Source: Octopus sinensis
Taxonomy: Eukaryota
Length of the DNA: 64,000 nucleotides
Direction: 5' to 3'
Assembly (NCBI RefSeq): GCF_006345805.1
Contig: NC_042998.1
Location: 68,572,001 to 68,636,000 of the forward strand
Numbering within the stretch: position 1 is the first letter of the stretch; every line of letters starts with the position of its first letter. Positions 24,665 through 37,513 of the stretch are shown here, in pieces. The notes under the pieces are model-generated. The model ran no database searches. It saw only the letters and a list, made by a program, of their open reading frames with translations, and was not told the DNA's origin. The position numbers were made by a program, and so were the translations under genes.

Positions 24665-25584
24665 TATAATATATATATATATACGCGTGTGTAAGGCGTA
24701 CGGATCTTCTGTACTTTTTTGCACCTTTACGTAGTCACTCGACATGCTAGAAACTACAGCCAAATTCTTTTCGAAAATGGAAGAAACGATAGATAATGTA
24801 GTTCTTGAAGCACACAAACACACACACGCAAGGAAAAAAAAAACTGGATGATAGATCTGCTGCGATTCGTGTACCGTAGACAATAAAAACCGGATAGTCA
24901 CGGCAGGAATACTTAGAAAAAAATAATCTGCAATGTCCGAGGAATTGGTGATGACCTTTGTCGATATGATTTCTCATTAAAACGTGTTAATCAGGACAGG
25001 AAAGGCAGTATCTCTGACTCTTTACAGAGGTCTTTGTGACTGATTGGATGAAGCGAGGAAGTTATCCCCAACTTAGGAACCTGGTCTGAACCCTTGTAAA
25101 ACACAGAGGAACGTTGAAGACACCTAAAAGGACCTAATACTAGCAAACAGTATAAGATGCCACCGGTTTATCGTCCACTCTGACAATGGTATTTCATATA
25201 GTCTCCATCTACCAAAGTTCATTGAGAAGGTACTTGGTCGAACCTATACGATGGTAGAATATATTTGTCCAAGGTACCACAGTGTAAGTAGAGAATTATT
25301 AAGACAAAGAGAGAAAGACTAGAATTCCGACAGTTTTGGCCAAGTCATTTGTTCCCCAGAGAAAGAATAAAATGAGATATTTATAAAATTGCTACTTCGA
25401 ACCCCGCTGGGACCGGAGTTCCCTTCAGTGAAGAATGTTGTGATCTAGGTTTTTTTAAAGGCTGGTTATCTGGTGTCATGGACACCGGATAACCGACCTC
25501 AAGAGTGGTAGATCTCGAGAAAAGAATTACATAGACACACATGTATTTTAAGAATATGTAATCACGTTTATATGTGTATATATA

Positions 25585-26299
25585 GGCGCAGGAGTGGTTG
25601 TGTGGTAAGAAGCTTGCTTCCCAACCACATGGTTCCATGTTCAGTCCCACTGCGTGGCAACTTGGGCAAGTGTCTTCTATAGCCTCGGGCCGACCAAAAC
25701 CTTGTGAATTCATTTGGTAGACGGAAACTGAAAGAAGCCCGTCGTATGTATGTATATACGTGTGTGTGTATGTGTGTCTGTGTGTATAAACATTTATAAA
25801 TGATTATATAAATGTATGTGTATGTTACATAAAGCTTTTATCTTTTATCTGTTTCGGTCATTTGAATGTGGCTATGCTGGGGCCTTGAAGGGTTTTAGTC
25901 GAACAAACTGACCCCAGGACTTATTTTTGAAAGCCCAATACTTATTCTATTCGTCTCTTTGGCTGAACCGCTAGGTTACGGGGACACAAACACAGCGGCA
26001 CTAGTTATCAAGCAAGGGTGGAGGACAGACACAGACAGAAAGACACGCACACACACACACATACACGCGCGCGCGCACGAACATGTTTAGATCCACTTTA
26101 TTTTATTTTATTTATCTTTAATTTTTTTTGTGTATTTCTTTCAGTCTTAATTAGCGGTCATGCTGGGGCAGTGCCTTCAAAAATTTTTAGTCGAATGAAT
26201 CGATCCCAGTATTCATTATTTTTTATGTCTGCTATTTATTCTATCCGGACATCTAAGGTACGGGGACGTAAACACACCAGCACCGATTGTCACGCGATG

Positions 26300-26339
<40 letters not shown>

Positions 26340-26480
26340 GTGATTGTGAGAAACTAGTTACATGGATACAAAGATATATACTTACATATAGTAGAAGACA
26401 CTTGTCCAAAGTGCTACAGTGGGACCGAACCTGGGACCATGTGGCTGGGAAGGCAATCTTCTTACCACACAGCCACACTT
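25585..26480. mobile_element. SINE-B cluster (+ head 25585-25745; - 3' half 25840-26040; - copy 26125-26480)
   Basis: Family B head and tail motifs. Confidence 0.85.
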
Positions 26481-26561
26481 GCACCCTATCCACACAGCCA
26501 CGCTACACCTATTCTATATGTATACATACATACATACATACATACATACATACATACATAC

Positions 26562-26598
<37 letters not shown>

Positions 26599-26867
26599 GT
26601 ATGTGTATATATATAGCAAGTAAGTTAGGGGTTATGGATGCAACCCATTGAAGGATAATATTTATCCAATATACTGTTGGTATAATACCCAAATTCTCAA
26701 GACACAAGTGTTTTTAATTGCAATGCAATTAACTTATTCATTGTATTAAATGGGTGAAGGTAAAGAAATATTTTACCATTAATTTATAATACAAAAAGAA
26801 AATGGAGAAAACAATTAGTTGGTTTATCAGCTTAATCAACTAAATTGTTTCCCCTTTTCTTATTTTG

Positions 26868-26923
<56 letters not shown>

Positions 26924-27447
26924 TATAGTTTTCAATTTTTTCATTGTTGAATTGATAAAATGTGTTTTTTTTCTAATATATATTATGTGTGTGTGTATGT
27001 ATCTATATATGTGTGTATGTACATATATTCTTACAGACCTTATTCTTTCTCTACATCTGGGTATTCCCATCCATATGTACATCTTAGAATAAATTTTATT
27101 CTAATTATGGGAGGAACCCCCGGGTTTCATACTCCACATTTATCTTTTCTCATTGGTAATGCTTTTCTGTATATATGCGTAAATATAATTGCTTTCCAAA
27201 ATAACTTGCTCTTCATGTTTGAGGCTCTTATGAAGCTATAATGTGTTACTCAGACACTCAGCTACGAATTTGTTATATATAGCGGAAACAGCTGTAAGCT
27301 AATGAAGTTTCATTAGATAGTCTCTTTTTCCTTTGTCATCTCTTTTACCTTTTGAAGCTCTATACTCGTCCAACACTTCGTTTACAAGAAAATGTATAAT
27401 GAGTTGTATACCAGGTAATTAGTAATGCAATGCCTAAGTAAATTAGG

Positions 27448-27495
<48 letters not shown>

Positions 27496-27501
27496 CAGAC
27501 A

Positions 27502-27532
<31 letters not shown>

Positions 27533-27591
27533 TAGACAGACAGACAGGCAGACGGATATATTTTTTATTCTCTGTTTATTTTCTCTTATTC

Positions 27592-27627
27592 CTATCTGTT
27601 GAAGAGCGTAGGCTCGAAACGTAAAAG
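27592..27627 (+). ncRNA. Second CUGUUGA hammerhead-like motif (same repeat as 2433)
   Basis: CTGTTGAaGAGCgtagGCTCGAAAcgTAaaag is identical to the 2437-2468 core; stem I has a mismatch. Confidence 0.45.
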
Positions 27628-27778
27628 ACTTTCTCACATTCCCGAGCGTCAAACAAATACAACTGCTTGTTGTTCATACACCTGTCTTCGTCTTTTGTTT
27701 TTCTATAAATTTCAACTTCATAGTTAGATGGATAGATAGATAGATAGATAGATAAATAGATGGATAGACGGATAGATG

Positions 27779-27818
<40 letters not shown>

Positions 27819-27870
27819 TTATACATATATAAATGTTATATCAAATATTACGTATATGTTTCCTTCTCAA

Positions 27871-28102
27871 GCTATGCCAGGCTCATAAGGGCCGGCTACC
27901 TGGTTTCAGTGGTGTATAAGTTCCCCACCTGGACGGGACGCCGATCCGTCGCAGGATTACTCATTTTTGCCAGCTGAGTGAACTAGAGCATCGTGAAATG
28001 AAATGTTTTGGCCAAAAACACAGCACATCGCCAGGTCCAGGAGTCGAAACCACATTCTTACGACTATGAATTCAGCACCCTAACCACTAAACCACGCGCC
28101 TC
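27871..28102 (-). mobile_element. tRNA-derived SINE, family D head with body variant 1
   Basis: Head aggcgcgtggtttagtggttaggg...ctcagctggcaaaaatgagt, then ggcgtcccgtccaggtgggg body. Confidence 0.8.
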
Positions 28103-28154
28103 GACTATTACGTATATAATATACATGATATTGATATATTTTATGTTTATCCAC

Positions 28155-28185
<31 letters not shown>

Positions 28186-28334
28186 CAACACACACAACGT
28201 ACGTACGTATGTATGTATGCCTGCATATATACAATTATGTATATTAATACACGCATGCATCCACATGTATATTGCTATAAGTTTCTGTTTTAAAGCTGAG
28301 AGAATGCAATTTCAGGTAACGTACTCAATATCAG

Positions 28335-28500
28335 GTGTAGGCGTGTCTGTCTCTCAAGAAGTTTGCTTCCTAACAACATGGTTCTGGATTGAGTCCCTCT
28401 GCGTGGCACATTGAGCCACCATCTTCTATTATCGCCTCCGGACAACTAAAGTTTTGAGAGTGAATTCGGTTGACGGAAACTGAAAGAAGCTTGTCGTGTA
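28335..28500 (+). mobile_element. SINE-B head
   Basis: aggcgtgtctgt...gacggaaactgaaagaagc, ending in (TA)n. Confidence 0.8.
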
Positions 28501-28510
28501 TATATATATA

Positions 28511-28847
28511 TAGGAGACCCCTTCGGTCATGAATGACCATGGGATTGCACCTAGAAAGTTACCCTCCGAGGTACAAGTCCGGGCAAGGTTGTTTATGGAA
28601 GACCAGCAGTCGTCCATGCATACCAGCCTCCCCTCTCCACACCACTGATGTTATCCAAGAGAAAGGTAAAGGGGCCGATACAGCTTGGCACCCGTGATGT
28701 CACAATGCATTTCTACAGCTGAATCAACTGGAGCAACATGAAATAAAGTGTCTTGCTCAAGAACACAACACGCAGCCCGGTCCGGGAATCTAGCTCACAA
28801 CCTCACGATCGTAAGATCGACGCTCTAACCACTGAGCCATGCGCCTT
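28511..28847 (-). mobile_element. SINE family D head with body variant 2
   Basis: aggcgcatggctcagtggttagagc...ttgagcaagacactttatttc...caatcccatggtcattcatgaccgaagggg. Confidence 0.85.
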
Positions 28848-29199
28848 CACACACACACACACACACACATATATATACATACATATGTGTGTGTGTTATG
28901 TATATATGTATGTATGTATGTGTCTTTGTATCCAAATAGCTAGTTTCTCACATTCACCTACACATACGCACACACACACACACTCACACTTCATCGCTTG
29001 ACAACCGGTGTTGGTGTGTTTGCGTCCCAGTACCTTCGATGTCCGGATAGAATAAGTACCAGACTGAAAAAATAATGAATACTGCGGTTGATCCATTCGA
29101 CCCCAGCATGGTCGCAGACTAAGACTGAAAGAAATACACAAAAAATAAAAGATTGATAAAATAAAGTGGATCTAAACATGTTCGTGCACATGTGTGTGT

Positions 29200-29241
<42 letters not shown>

Positions 29242-30021
29242 GTGTGCATGTGTGCTTTTGTGTGTGTGTTTGCGTGTGCGTTTAGATGGCTTTAACAAGA
29301 CTAATCATGTTGCTGATTCCTTAGAATTTGAATTCTAAGGAGAATAGAACGTGACTAGTTTTGTAAGAGTCATCGTCTGAATAAACATGAACACACATGC
29401 ACATACACATATATAATATATAATGAATATATATATATATATACATACATATATATATATATGTGTGTGTATGTGTATATATATATAAACATATATATAT
29501 ATATACGTGCATATATGTGTGTATGTATATATGTATATTTGTAACTGCGAATTGTCTGTATGTCCACTTTGCAAGTAAAAACTACGAAACGAACTTTCAC
29601 AAAACCATATACACTGTAAATCACTATCTCACAGGAAAGTTTGTATAACAATTACTTTCAGAAATGGCAACCAACTTTCCCTCATACTACTTGTCTTTCA
29701 AGAAAGAAGATTTAGAAAGACAAGAGTTTTAAATAAAGCTGAAATATGAACCTTTGTTTCACTATCTCGCTGTGTGGGTGCGAGAAGAGGGAGAGAGAGA
29801 GAGAGTCTGGAGCAATGAAATAGGGAGAGGTAGAGAATAAGAGATACACATAAAAAGACATAGATGGACATAAAACGAGGAAAGGAGGGACTTCAACGAT
29901 AATGAAGATGGCGGCGGTACATTTGTGTCGCGTCAAACTCTCTGTTTTTCTGCCTTCTTCAGTTTTTAAACTTCACTCTTTCTTTATCTGTCTATCTCTC
30001 TATCCCTCTCCCTTTCTCTCT

Positions 30022-30057
<36 letters not shown>

Positions 30058-30399
30058 CCTTCTCGGGCATTGTTGAATACAGAAGACTACAGAATGAACG
30101 ATATGTAGAGATACAGAGTGATGGTGACGATAGCGGTAGATTTAAAACTAAATCAAAAGAGCAGCAATGTTCTATTGAGGAGATATTTTTTATTGGGTGA
30201 AAGCAGATTGTACTCGCATTCTCCAACTTGTACAGTGTTGGAAAAGCTTGCCGGTATATATTCACAGCAATATTAAATAGCACACCAATATACATTAATA
30301 TAATAGTAGTTCTTAAATTTCTAACGATATTTATTTGAAGGATTCAAGTGGTCAGACATGCAACTATCTTCATATATCAATGATTATGTAGACGTTTAG

Positions 30400-30400
<1 letters not shown>

Positions 30401-30477
<77 letters not shown>

Positions 30478-30522
30478 GTCTGTCTGTTTATTTGTCTGTC
30501 TGTCTGTCTATTTGTCTGTCTG

Positions 30523-30599
<77 letters not shown>

Positions 30600-30644
30600 T
30601 TGTCTGTCTGTCTTCTATCTGTCTATCTGTCTATCTATCTATCT
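30401..30644. repeat. (TATC)n/(TGTC)n array upstream of a Tx1 fragment
   Basis: Directly visible. Confidence 0.98.
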
Positions 30645-31161
30645 CAACCGAGAAGGCAAGGCGATGGTGAAAGAATGTGTGTGGTGGACTCGAGCGAAAG
30701 GATTAGAGACAAATACTTACCTCTCTGGCCAATCGCTCGTCAACTTTTTCAAGTACCAATTGAAAAGGAAGGTGAGAATGGAGAGGCAGGTTTTGTCACG
30801 TGAAAATTTCAATAAAAAGTGGGTGGATGTAGCAAAGATGGTGCGTGTGAGTGACGAAACCACTTTGAGCACGATCCTGTAAATCGAAAGAGAGTGAGAG
30901 AGAGAGAGTACTTGTCTCTCATGTGTTTATTCCTTTCCTGCCTGAGGTTACCGTGGTCTTTTCCGTAGGCTTTTCTTTCCACGGATAAACCTAATCTTAC
31001 TTTTTACATTTTTAGAACTCTTCTGTGATACACGATCCCTTTTGATCGGAATGTTACTTTTTTCTTATTTTTTTCTCCTTGTTTTTCATTTTCGAAAAGA
31101 AAAGCTCTACATCTGCATTTGTCCCCTCTGTGTTCAGCCCTGTGTGGTCAATAAAGAAAGT
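30645..31161 (+). mobile_element. Tx1-clade LINE 3' fragment in (TATC)n
   Basis: ORF end [44 protein letters not shown]; 3'UTR ends aataaagaaag then tatctatctatc. Confidence 0.92.
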
Positions 31162-31256
31162 TATCTATCTATCTATTAGTCTGACTGTCAGCTTTTCTGT
31201 CTTGATAACAATCGACACACATTTGCGAATAAACAGAAACAGTTGACTAAGCCACA

Positions 31257-31680
31257 CCACCATGTTACTGTCGGTACCTCTAAACAGACACATCTACGTA
31301 ATCTTTTTAAGCAGTTCATTAATTAAATGAAAGCAAAAATTTCATTGATGAACCGTTATGAATTGGCGTGCTTCATATATCAATGATTATGTAGACGCTT
31401 AGGTATACAATGAAGGATAAAAGGAACATCCACGAGCAAAGACAGACATTGCAAATAACTTATTGAGTGGCCTTCTGAGAAATTTCATCGTGGATTTGAT
31501 TTTGTTCTGTGTCTTATGTGGGCTCATTGTAGGTTTTCATTAGTGCTTACACAAAAATGGAATATTTACCCAAATTCATACTGGTTCATCAAAGAAATTT
31601 TTGTTTTCAGTTAATTTGTGAACTGCTTAATAAGATTACGTAGATATGTCTGTTTAGAGGTACTGACAGTAATATACTGG
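31257..31680. mobile_element. Foldback/long-TIR non-autonomous element (~110-bp arms)
   Basis: ttactgtcggtacctctaaacagac...gatgaacc (31257-31366) is inverted at ~31569-31680. TSD not resolved. Confidence 0.8.
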
Positions 31681-31838
31681 GGTAGTTTCTATTTACCCGC
31701 AAATATGTATCAATTTTTATCAAGACAAAAACCGACTGTCAGACTAATCGATAGATAGACAGACAGATAGATAAATAGATAGATAGATAATTAGACAGAC
31801 AAACGGACAGACAGACAGATGAATAAATAGATAGATAT

Positions 31839-32003
31839 GTTTCTTTATTAGCCACACAGGGCTGCACACACACGGGACAGATTAAAAAGTAGAGCTTTTC
31901 TTTTTGGGGAGAAAAAAAGTGGGGTAGGTTTTCGATCAAAAGGGATCGTAGAAGGGAAAGGAAAAAAAGGGGGGGGAGAAAAAACGATCAATTGGGATCG
32001 TGT
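31839..32003 (-). mobile_element. Tx1 LINE 3'-end fragment in (GATA)n
   Basis: gatagatat|gtttctttattagccacacagggctgcacac...gggatcgtgta|tagata. Confidence 0.9.
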
Positions 32004-32011
32004 ATAGATAA

Positions 32012-32058
32012 GTTTCTTTATTGGCCACACAGGGCTGCACACAGATGGGACAAGTTAC
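32012..32058 (-). mobile_element. Tx1 LINE 47-nt 3'-end fragment in (GATA)n
   Basis: gtttctttattggccacacagggctgcacacagatgggacaagttaca|gatagatag. Confidence 0.88.
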
Positions 32059-32132
<74 letters not shown>

Positions 32133-32156
32133 GATAGGTAGATCGATAGATAGATC

Positions 32157-32189
<33 letters not shown>

Positions 32190-32713
32190 GTAGGTAGGTA
32201 GCTAGGTAGCTAGGTAGCTAGGTAGGTTGGTAGATAGGTAGGTAGGTAGGTAGGTAGGTAGGTAGGTAGGTAGGTTGGTATGTAGAAGTATGTAGGTAGA
32301 CGGACGGACGAATGGATGGATGGATATAATATTCACTTTTTTGAGTACATTTATTTGATAAAATGTATGCCTTATGTACTATATAAATATCTATCTTTAT
32401 ATGAACGTTCTTCCTAAACACCCGGGCATCACCGGGTACCTCAATTTTTTTTAATCTCACTCCCTAACCCTATACGTGTGTATGTGTGTGTGTGTGTGTG
32501 TGCGCGCGAGTGAATGTGAGAAACTAGTTACCACTTTCTAATAATGAACTCTACAGATGAAAATCGCTGAGAATAAATATTTATTTATAAATTTAATGAT
32601 TTGTGACAAACTACAGTATGTTTCGATCTTATCGATCTTATGAAACGAGCGTGGCACAAGATTAAATTAGAGTACACAGTGTAATAGTATACAGTTTCGG
32701 AGACAATGTACTT

Positions 32714-32744
<31 letters not shown>

Positions 32745-32745
32745 C

Positions 32746-32776
<31 letters not shown>

Positions 32777-32777
<1 letters not shown>

Positions 32778-33009
32778 TTTTCTTTATTAGCCACACAAGG
32801 CTGCACACAGATAGAACAAATTACAAGGTATAGCTTTTTCTTTTGAAGGTTTAAAAAAAAATAAAAATAAAAATAAAAAAAAAAAAAATAAAAAAAAAGA
32901 ATAAGAAAAAAATAAAAATAAATAAAAATAAATAAAGGGGGGGTCGATCAGAAGGGGTCGTAAAGGAGAGAAAGAGGACAAAAAAAAAGTGGGGGTTAAA
33001 AAAAAAAAA
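32777..33009 (-). mobile_element. Tx1 LINE 3'-end fragment in (GATA)n
   Basis: (gata)n|gttttctttattagccacacaaggctgcacac...aaaaaat|agatatatagatag. Confidence 0.9.
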
Positions 33010-33150
33010 TAGATATATAGATAGATAGATAGATAGATGATGATGCATACTACATACATACATACATACATACATACATACATACAGATACAGAAACATA
33101 CAGACAGATAGACAGACAGACAGACAGACAAACAATAGATAGATAGATAT

Positions 33151-36100
33151 GTTTCTTTATTAGCCCCACAGGCTGCACACAGATAGAACAAATACAAGGT
33201 AGAGCTTTTCTTTGAGGTAAAAAAATAAAATAAAAATAAAAATTAAAATTAAAAAAAAAGAGGGGGGTCGATCAAAAGGGATCGTAAAAGGAGAGAAAGA
33301 GGACAAAAAAGAGGGGGTTAAAAAAAAGGGGGAGAGGAAAAAATTGATCAAGGGATCGTTATCACAGAAATGTCAATATGAAGTGTAAAGGGAGGACAGG
33401 TGAGGTTTACCCGTGAAAGAAAAGCCTACGGAAAAGACCACGGTAACCTCGGTCAATGAAGTCACATGTTATATTTCTTTTTTTTTTTTTTTTTGCAAAT
33501 AAGCAACTCTCTGTATTAATTTTTACGTTTCATAGAATCATAGTCAAGGTGGCTTCGTCATTCATACGTGCATCCTTGCTACATTCACCCATCTTTTTTT
33601 CAAACATTCACTAGACAAAACTTGCCTCTCTACTCTCACTTTTTTCTTCAAGTGATACTTGAAGAAGTTTGATGAGAGATTGACCAGAGAGGAAAGTGTT
33701 TGTCTCTAATCCTTTCAGACGCGTCCACCAGATACATTCTTTCGCCATAGCCACAAGTATGATAAAAATAGCTCTTCCTTCCCGTTTGAAGGAAGGAGGC
33801 GTGACGATATTAACGATAGACTCGGCTGATAAACCGACACGTCCCACACGTGACAGCAGTCGTTCGACATAAGCCCACAGGTCGGAATTGCTGGACACTG
33901 CACGATTGCGTGCAGAGCGGTTTCGTCGCTCTGCCCGCATCTCGGCAGGTCGGCCCCGTGTGTCTCGAGCCATGCCTATAGAGCTTATCCCGAACGGGTA
34001 GCGCTTCTCGGTGGCACCGCCAGGCCAGGGATCTCTGGAAGTTTTCCATAGGTCCCGGGCCGAAAGTCGTTTGAAACAGGCGGGTCAGGTATTCCTCGTC
34101 GACGCCCAGTTTTGCCCCGAGCTCGTCGTCGTACCTCCCCTCCACTAATCCCCTATAGAATGCTTTGGTTGTGTTGAAGTCACTCAAGGTCGACCCGGGA
34201 CGGCAGAGTTGCTTGAGAGCAACGCGACACTCGCGGTGCCATTCGCCCTTCTTCGGCCTCTTTTTGATCCACGACTGTAGTTCGGTCATGGAGACGAGTT
34301 GCGGAATGCGTGCCTCACAAACGGCGACCACACACTGTTCACCGTCGTCTACATAGAGCCGGAGATGTCGCAGTCTCAGCGCGTGTCTGCGCATCATCAA
34401 CCACGGCATGCCCAGCCCTCCTTTTAACGGGGTTGACAGCAAATGGATCGCCTGACCATCGGGACGCATCCTTTCCACAAGAAGCGGAAGAGGATGCGTT
34501 TCTAGTTTGGTGATGGTAGGTCGGGACAAGGTACGACGGTCAGGCGGTAGTAGATGATTGACGCGATGTACGGCGTCACCACCTCCGCCCGACCTTTTAG
34601 GACAGTTTCCTCTCGGCCCATTGCTGGGCGAGAGTGACCACCCTACCCCCGTTATCTCGTTCCAGTTCTTCTCCATTTGGAGGTCCGGACCGAACCAGAC
34701 CCCGAGCAACTCAACCGGGCCGTCTGTCCAGCGTCCCACGACGGAGGTACTGGTGGACGGCATGGGCTTTGCTTCTCCAGGTGCCGAGCCGCAAGCCCAC
34801 TGACTTTTCCGGTTGATTTTTGCTCCTGTCACCGCTTCGTAGTCTTTCAGTGTCTCGCCGACCCGCTCGATGTGCTCGTGGCTGACACTATGACGGTGAC
34901 GTCGTCCGCGTATGCAGACACGCTCGTCCCGCATCCTAATTCTCGCGGGATGCCCCTCAGAGTCGCCAGCTCCGCAGTAGTGGCTCAAGAGTCAATACGT
35001 ATAGAAGCGCCGAGAGGGGGCATCCCTGACGGACCGAACGTGCAATGTCGAAGGGTCTCGATAGAATGTCCATTTACGCGAATTACCGAACGGATGCCTC
35101 TGTACAAGGCAGCTATCCAGCCGCGGAAGACGGGACCGAACCAGCCGCTCTCAGGACCGCCTCCAAGTATCGATGGTCTACTCTATCAAAGGCTTTCGAT
35201 TGATCCAAGTTGATCAGGGCCCCACCCATGCCGGTTCGTTAACTACCCTGTCTATGATGTAGCGCATCAATGGAGGTTGTCATGGATGCTCCGGCCCGGC
35301 ACGGCGCACGTTTGTGCGTTGTCCACCAGTTTTGTTGGCGTTGTCGACCATGACAAGCCCAACCTCTTGCTAACACCTTTGTCAAAATTTTCAGGTCTGC
35401 CATTGAGCAGAGTGATTGGCCTAAAGTTATCTATAATGTTTCCCTTGTTTGGATCTTTCTTCAGCAGAGTTACAGCTCCTCGACTCACAAAACCGGTATG
35501 CTCCCGTTTTGCTGCCAGTTGCAGTATACCGCTGCCAAGACGTCTCCCAAACAAGTCTGGCATACAATAGTAAACTCGTAGGGTAGACCATCCAAACCTG
35601 GTGATTTGTCCCTCGAGCATTCTGCCATCGCTTCCCCCGCACTTCCGCCGCCGTGATGGCACCTTCGCAGCACCCTGCCTTCTTGTCGAGAGTCGTGGCA
35701 GGCTATGTAGGTAGGCACTGAAGTCTACCCTACTTCTTGCCCTCCACTCGTCCCGAACAGTCGGGCAAAATGCTGCTGAAAGGCCTCACATATTTTACTT
35801 GGCTCGAGCAATTCGCGCCCCTGTTCATCTACCAGTGACCGAATGGTGGCTTTTTTGCCCTGTTGCGCCTCTGCCACCCGGCCTCTCTCGCGGCTCCACC
35901 CCTTCGTTCCTTAGAGCACGCATCCTATCTCTGACAGCACATCCTTCGTGTTTGGCGTTGAAGTGTTGGTCGAGGGCCAACCTCGCCGCCAAAACGTCGG
36001 ATGCGATGCCGCTTCTAATTGCCTCTTCTAGCTTCTTAACTAGCTCACCCTCTACTCTATTTTCTATCTATGGCTAGTGCTTTGCTGTACCTAATCGCTT

Positions 36101-36639
36101 CTGCTTTTACTGCTCTCTTGAGGGCAAACCACCATTTGTTGTTGATGATGGCTCCCGTCAAAGCCCTCTTTACTAGTGTGCTAATCCGGTCTCTGAAAAC
36201 TTGTCTGGACGGGAATGATGCGTTCAGTTTCCAGTACCCAGGACCCTGTCTCTGTGCCTTATCTAAGTCTAGCGTACACGTCACCAATTTGTGATCCGTG
36301 TAGCTGACTGTGTGGAATTGTGGACATCCTAAGTTATCCTTGTCTACTGTCCTACACAGTATCCTATCTAGATACGATCTCGACGACCCACTGCGGTTGC
36401 TCCATGTCCACGTTGGTGCATTTGGGTGGTCGAGTCGGTACCTGTCAGACAGTTGGAATCGTCTGAGCAGGTCTCTGAGGCATTTGCATCCCCTTCTGTT
36501 TCTGTCTCTACCCACGTAGTCTACATGCGTGTCCAAGGTAGCATTCCAATCCCCCACTAAGAGTAAAGGACGAGACGTTCCCAAGAATACTTCTAGACGT
36601 CGAAAGAAATCCGCCCGACCTGTTAAGGGCGGTGCGTAG

Positions 36640-36640
<1 letters not shown>
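33151..36640 (-). mobile_element. Tx1/L1-clade LINE, 5'-truncated, frameshifted ORF2 (APE-RT-zinc knuckle)
   Basis: YAP..GDWN..SYLDRI..TDHK..GYWKLN (APE); NFRPITLLN, DQSKAFDRVDH, RQGCPLSALLY, SAYADDV (RT); C-terminal cysteine-rich region; AATAAA at the 3' end; (GATA)n at both junctions. Confidence 0.97.

Positions 36641-36727
<87 letters not shown>
36641..36727. repeat. (GATA)n array at the 5' junction of the Tx1 element
   Basis: Directly visible. Confidence 0.99.
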
Positions 36728-36729
<2 letters not shown>

Positions 36730-36965
36730 AGCTATAAATTTTTGAGTGATACTTGGGTTAAGAAAAACCCATTGGACAGAAAGGTGTTAAAGGTTGCTGT
36801 CGACATTTTGCATCTAAGGGTTTTTGACTCAGTATTTACCCGCTAACATTCATAGCCCTATCTACTTCAAGTTCCACCGTTGAAACAGAATGAATTATTT
36901 CACGTCTCCCAAAGTATTTGAATTCTTATGAGGTAAACAACACACACACACACACACATAGTACT

Positions 36966-37278
36966 GGCACTCCGTCGGTTACGACGACGAGGGTTCCTGT
37001 TGATCCGATCAATGAAACAGCCTGCTCGTGAAATTAATGTGCAACTGGCTGAGTACTCCACAGACACGCGTACCCTTAACGTAATTCGCAGGGAGATTCA
37101 GCGTGACACAGAATGTGACAAGGCCGGCCCTTTGAATTACAGGTATAACTCATTTTTGCCAGCTGAGTGGATTGGAGCAACGTGGAATAAAGTGTCTTGC
37201 TCAAGGACACAATCCACCGCCGGGGATCGAACTCACGAACTCATGAACTGAATACCCCCAACCACAAAGCCACGCGAC
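36966..37278 (-). mobile_element. SINE family D (CORE-like head, body variant 3)
   Basis: ggcactccgtcggttacgacg...ttgctcaaggacacaa...gatcgaactcacg...aagccacgcg. Confidence 0.9.
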
Positions 37279-37311
37279 TCTATGTATACACATACACATC
37301 CATATAATATA

Positions 37312-37359
<48 letters not shown>

Positions 37360-37513
37360 ATATGGATAAACACAGTTTGATTCAAATTCGTTGCTACTCT
37401 TGAGTTTCAAGCGTGATGCAAGTCGTCAGCCATTTTGAATTTGAATGACAGAAGTTGATTGTTATTACTGTAAGGTGGGGGTTTGAATAGTATATATATT
37501 TGTATAATACATA

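Noticed and set aside
25381-25530. Minus-strand ORF tail VILFSRSTTLEVGYP…
   Set aside because: Fused to SINE-derived sequence; no motif or splice support.
29906-29915. AAGATGGCGG YY1-like motif (similar at ~16416)
   Set aside because: A single short motif with no independent promoter evidence.
32424-32440. cccgggcatcaccggg Helitron-like hairpin
   Set aside because: No downstream CTAG terminus.
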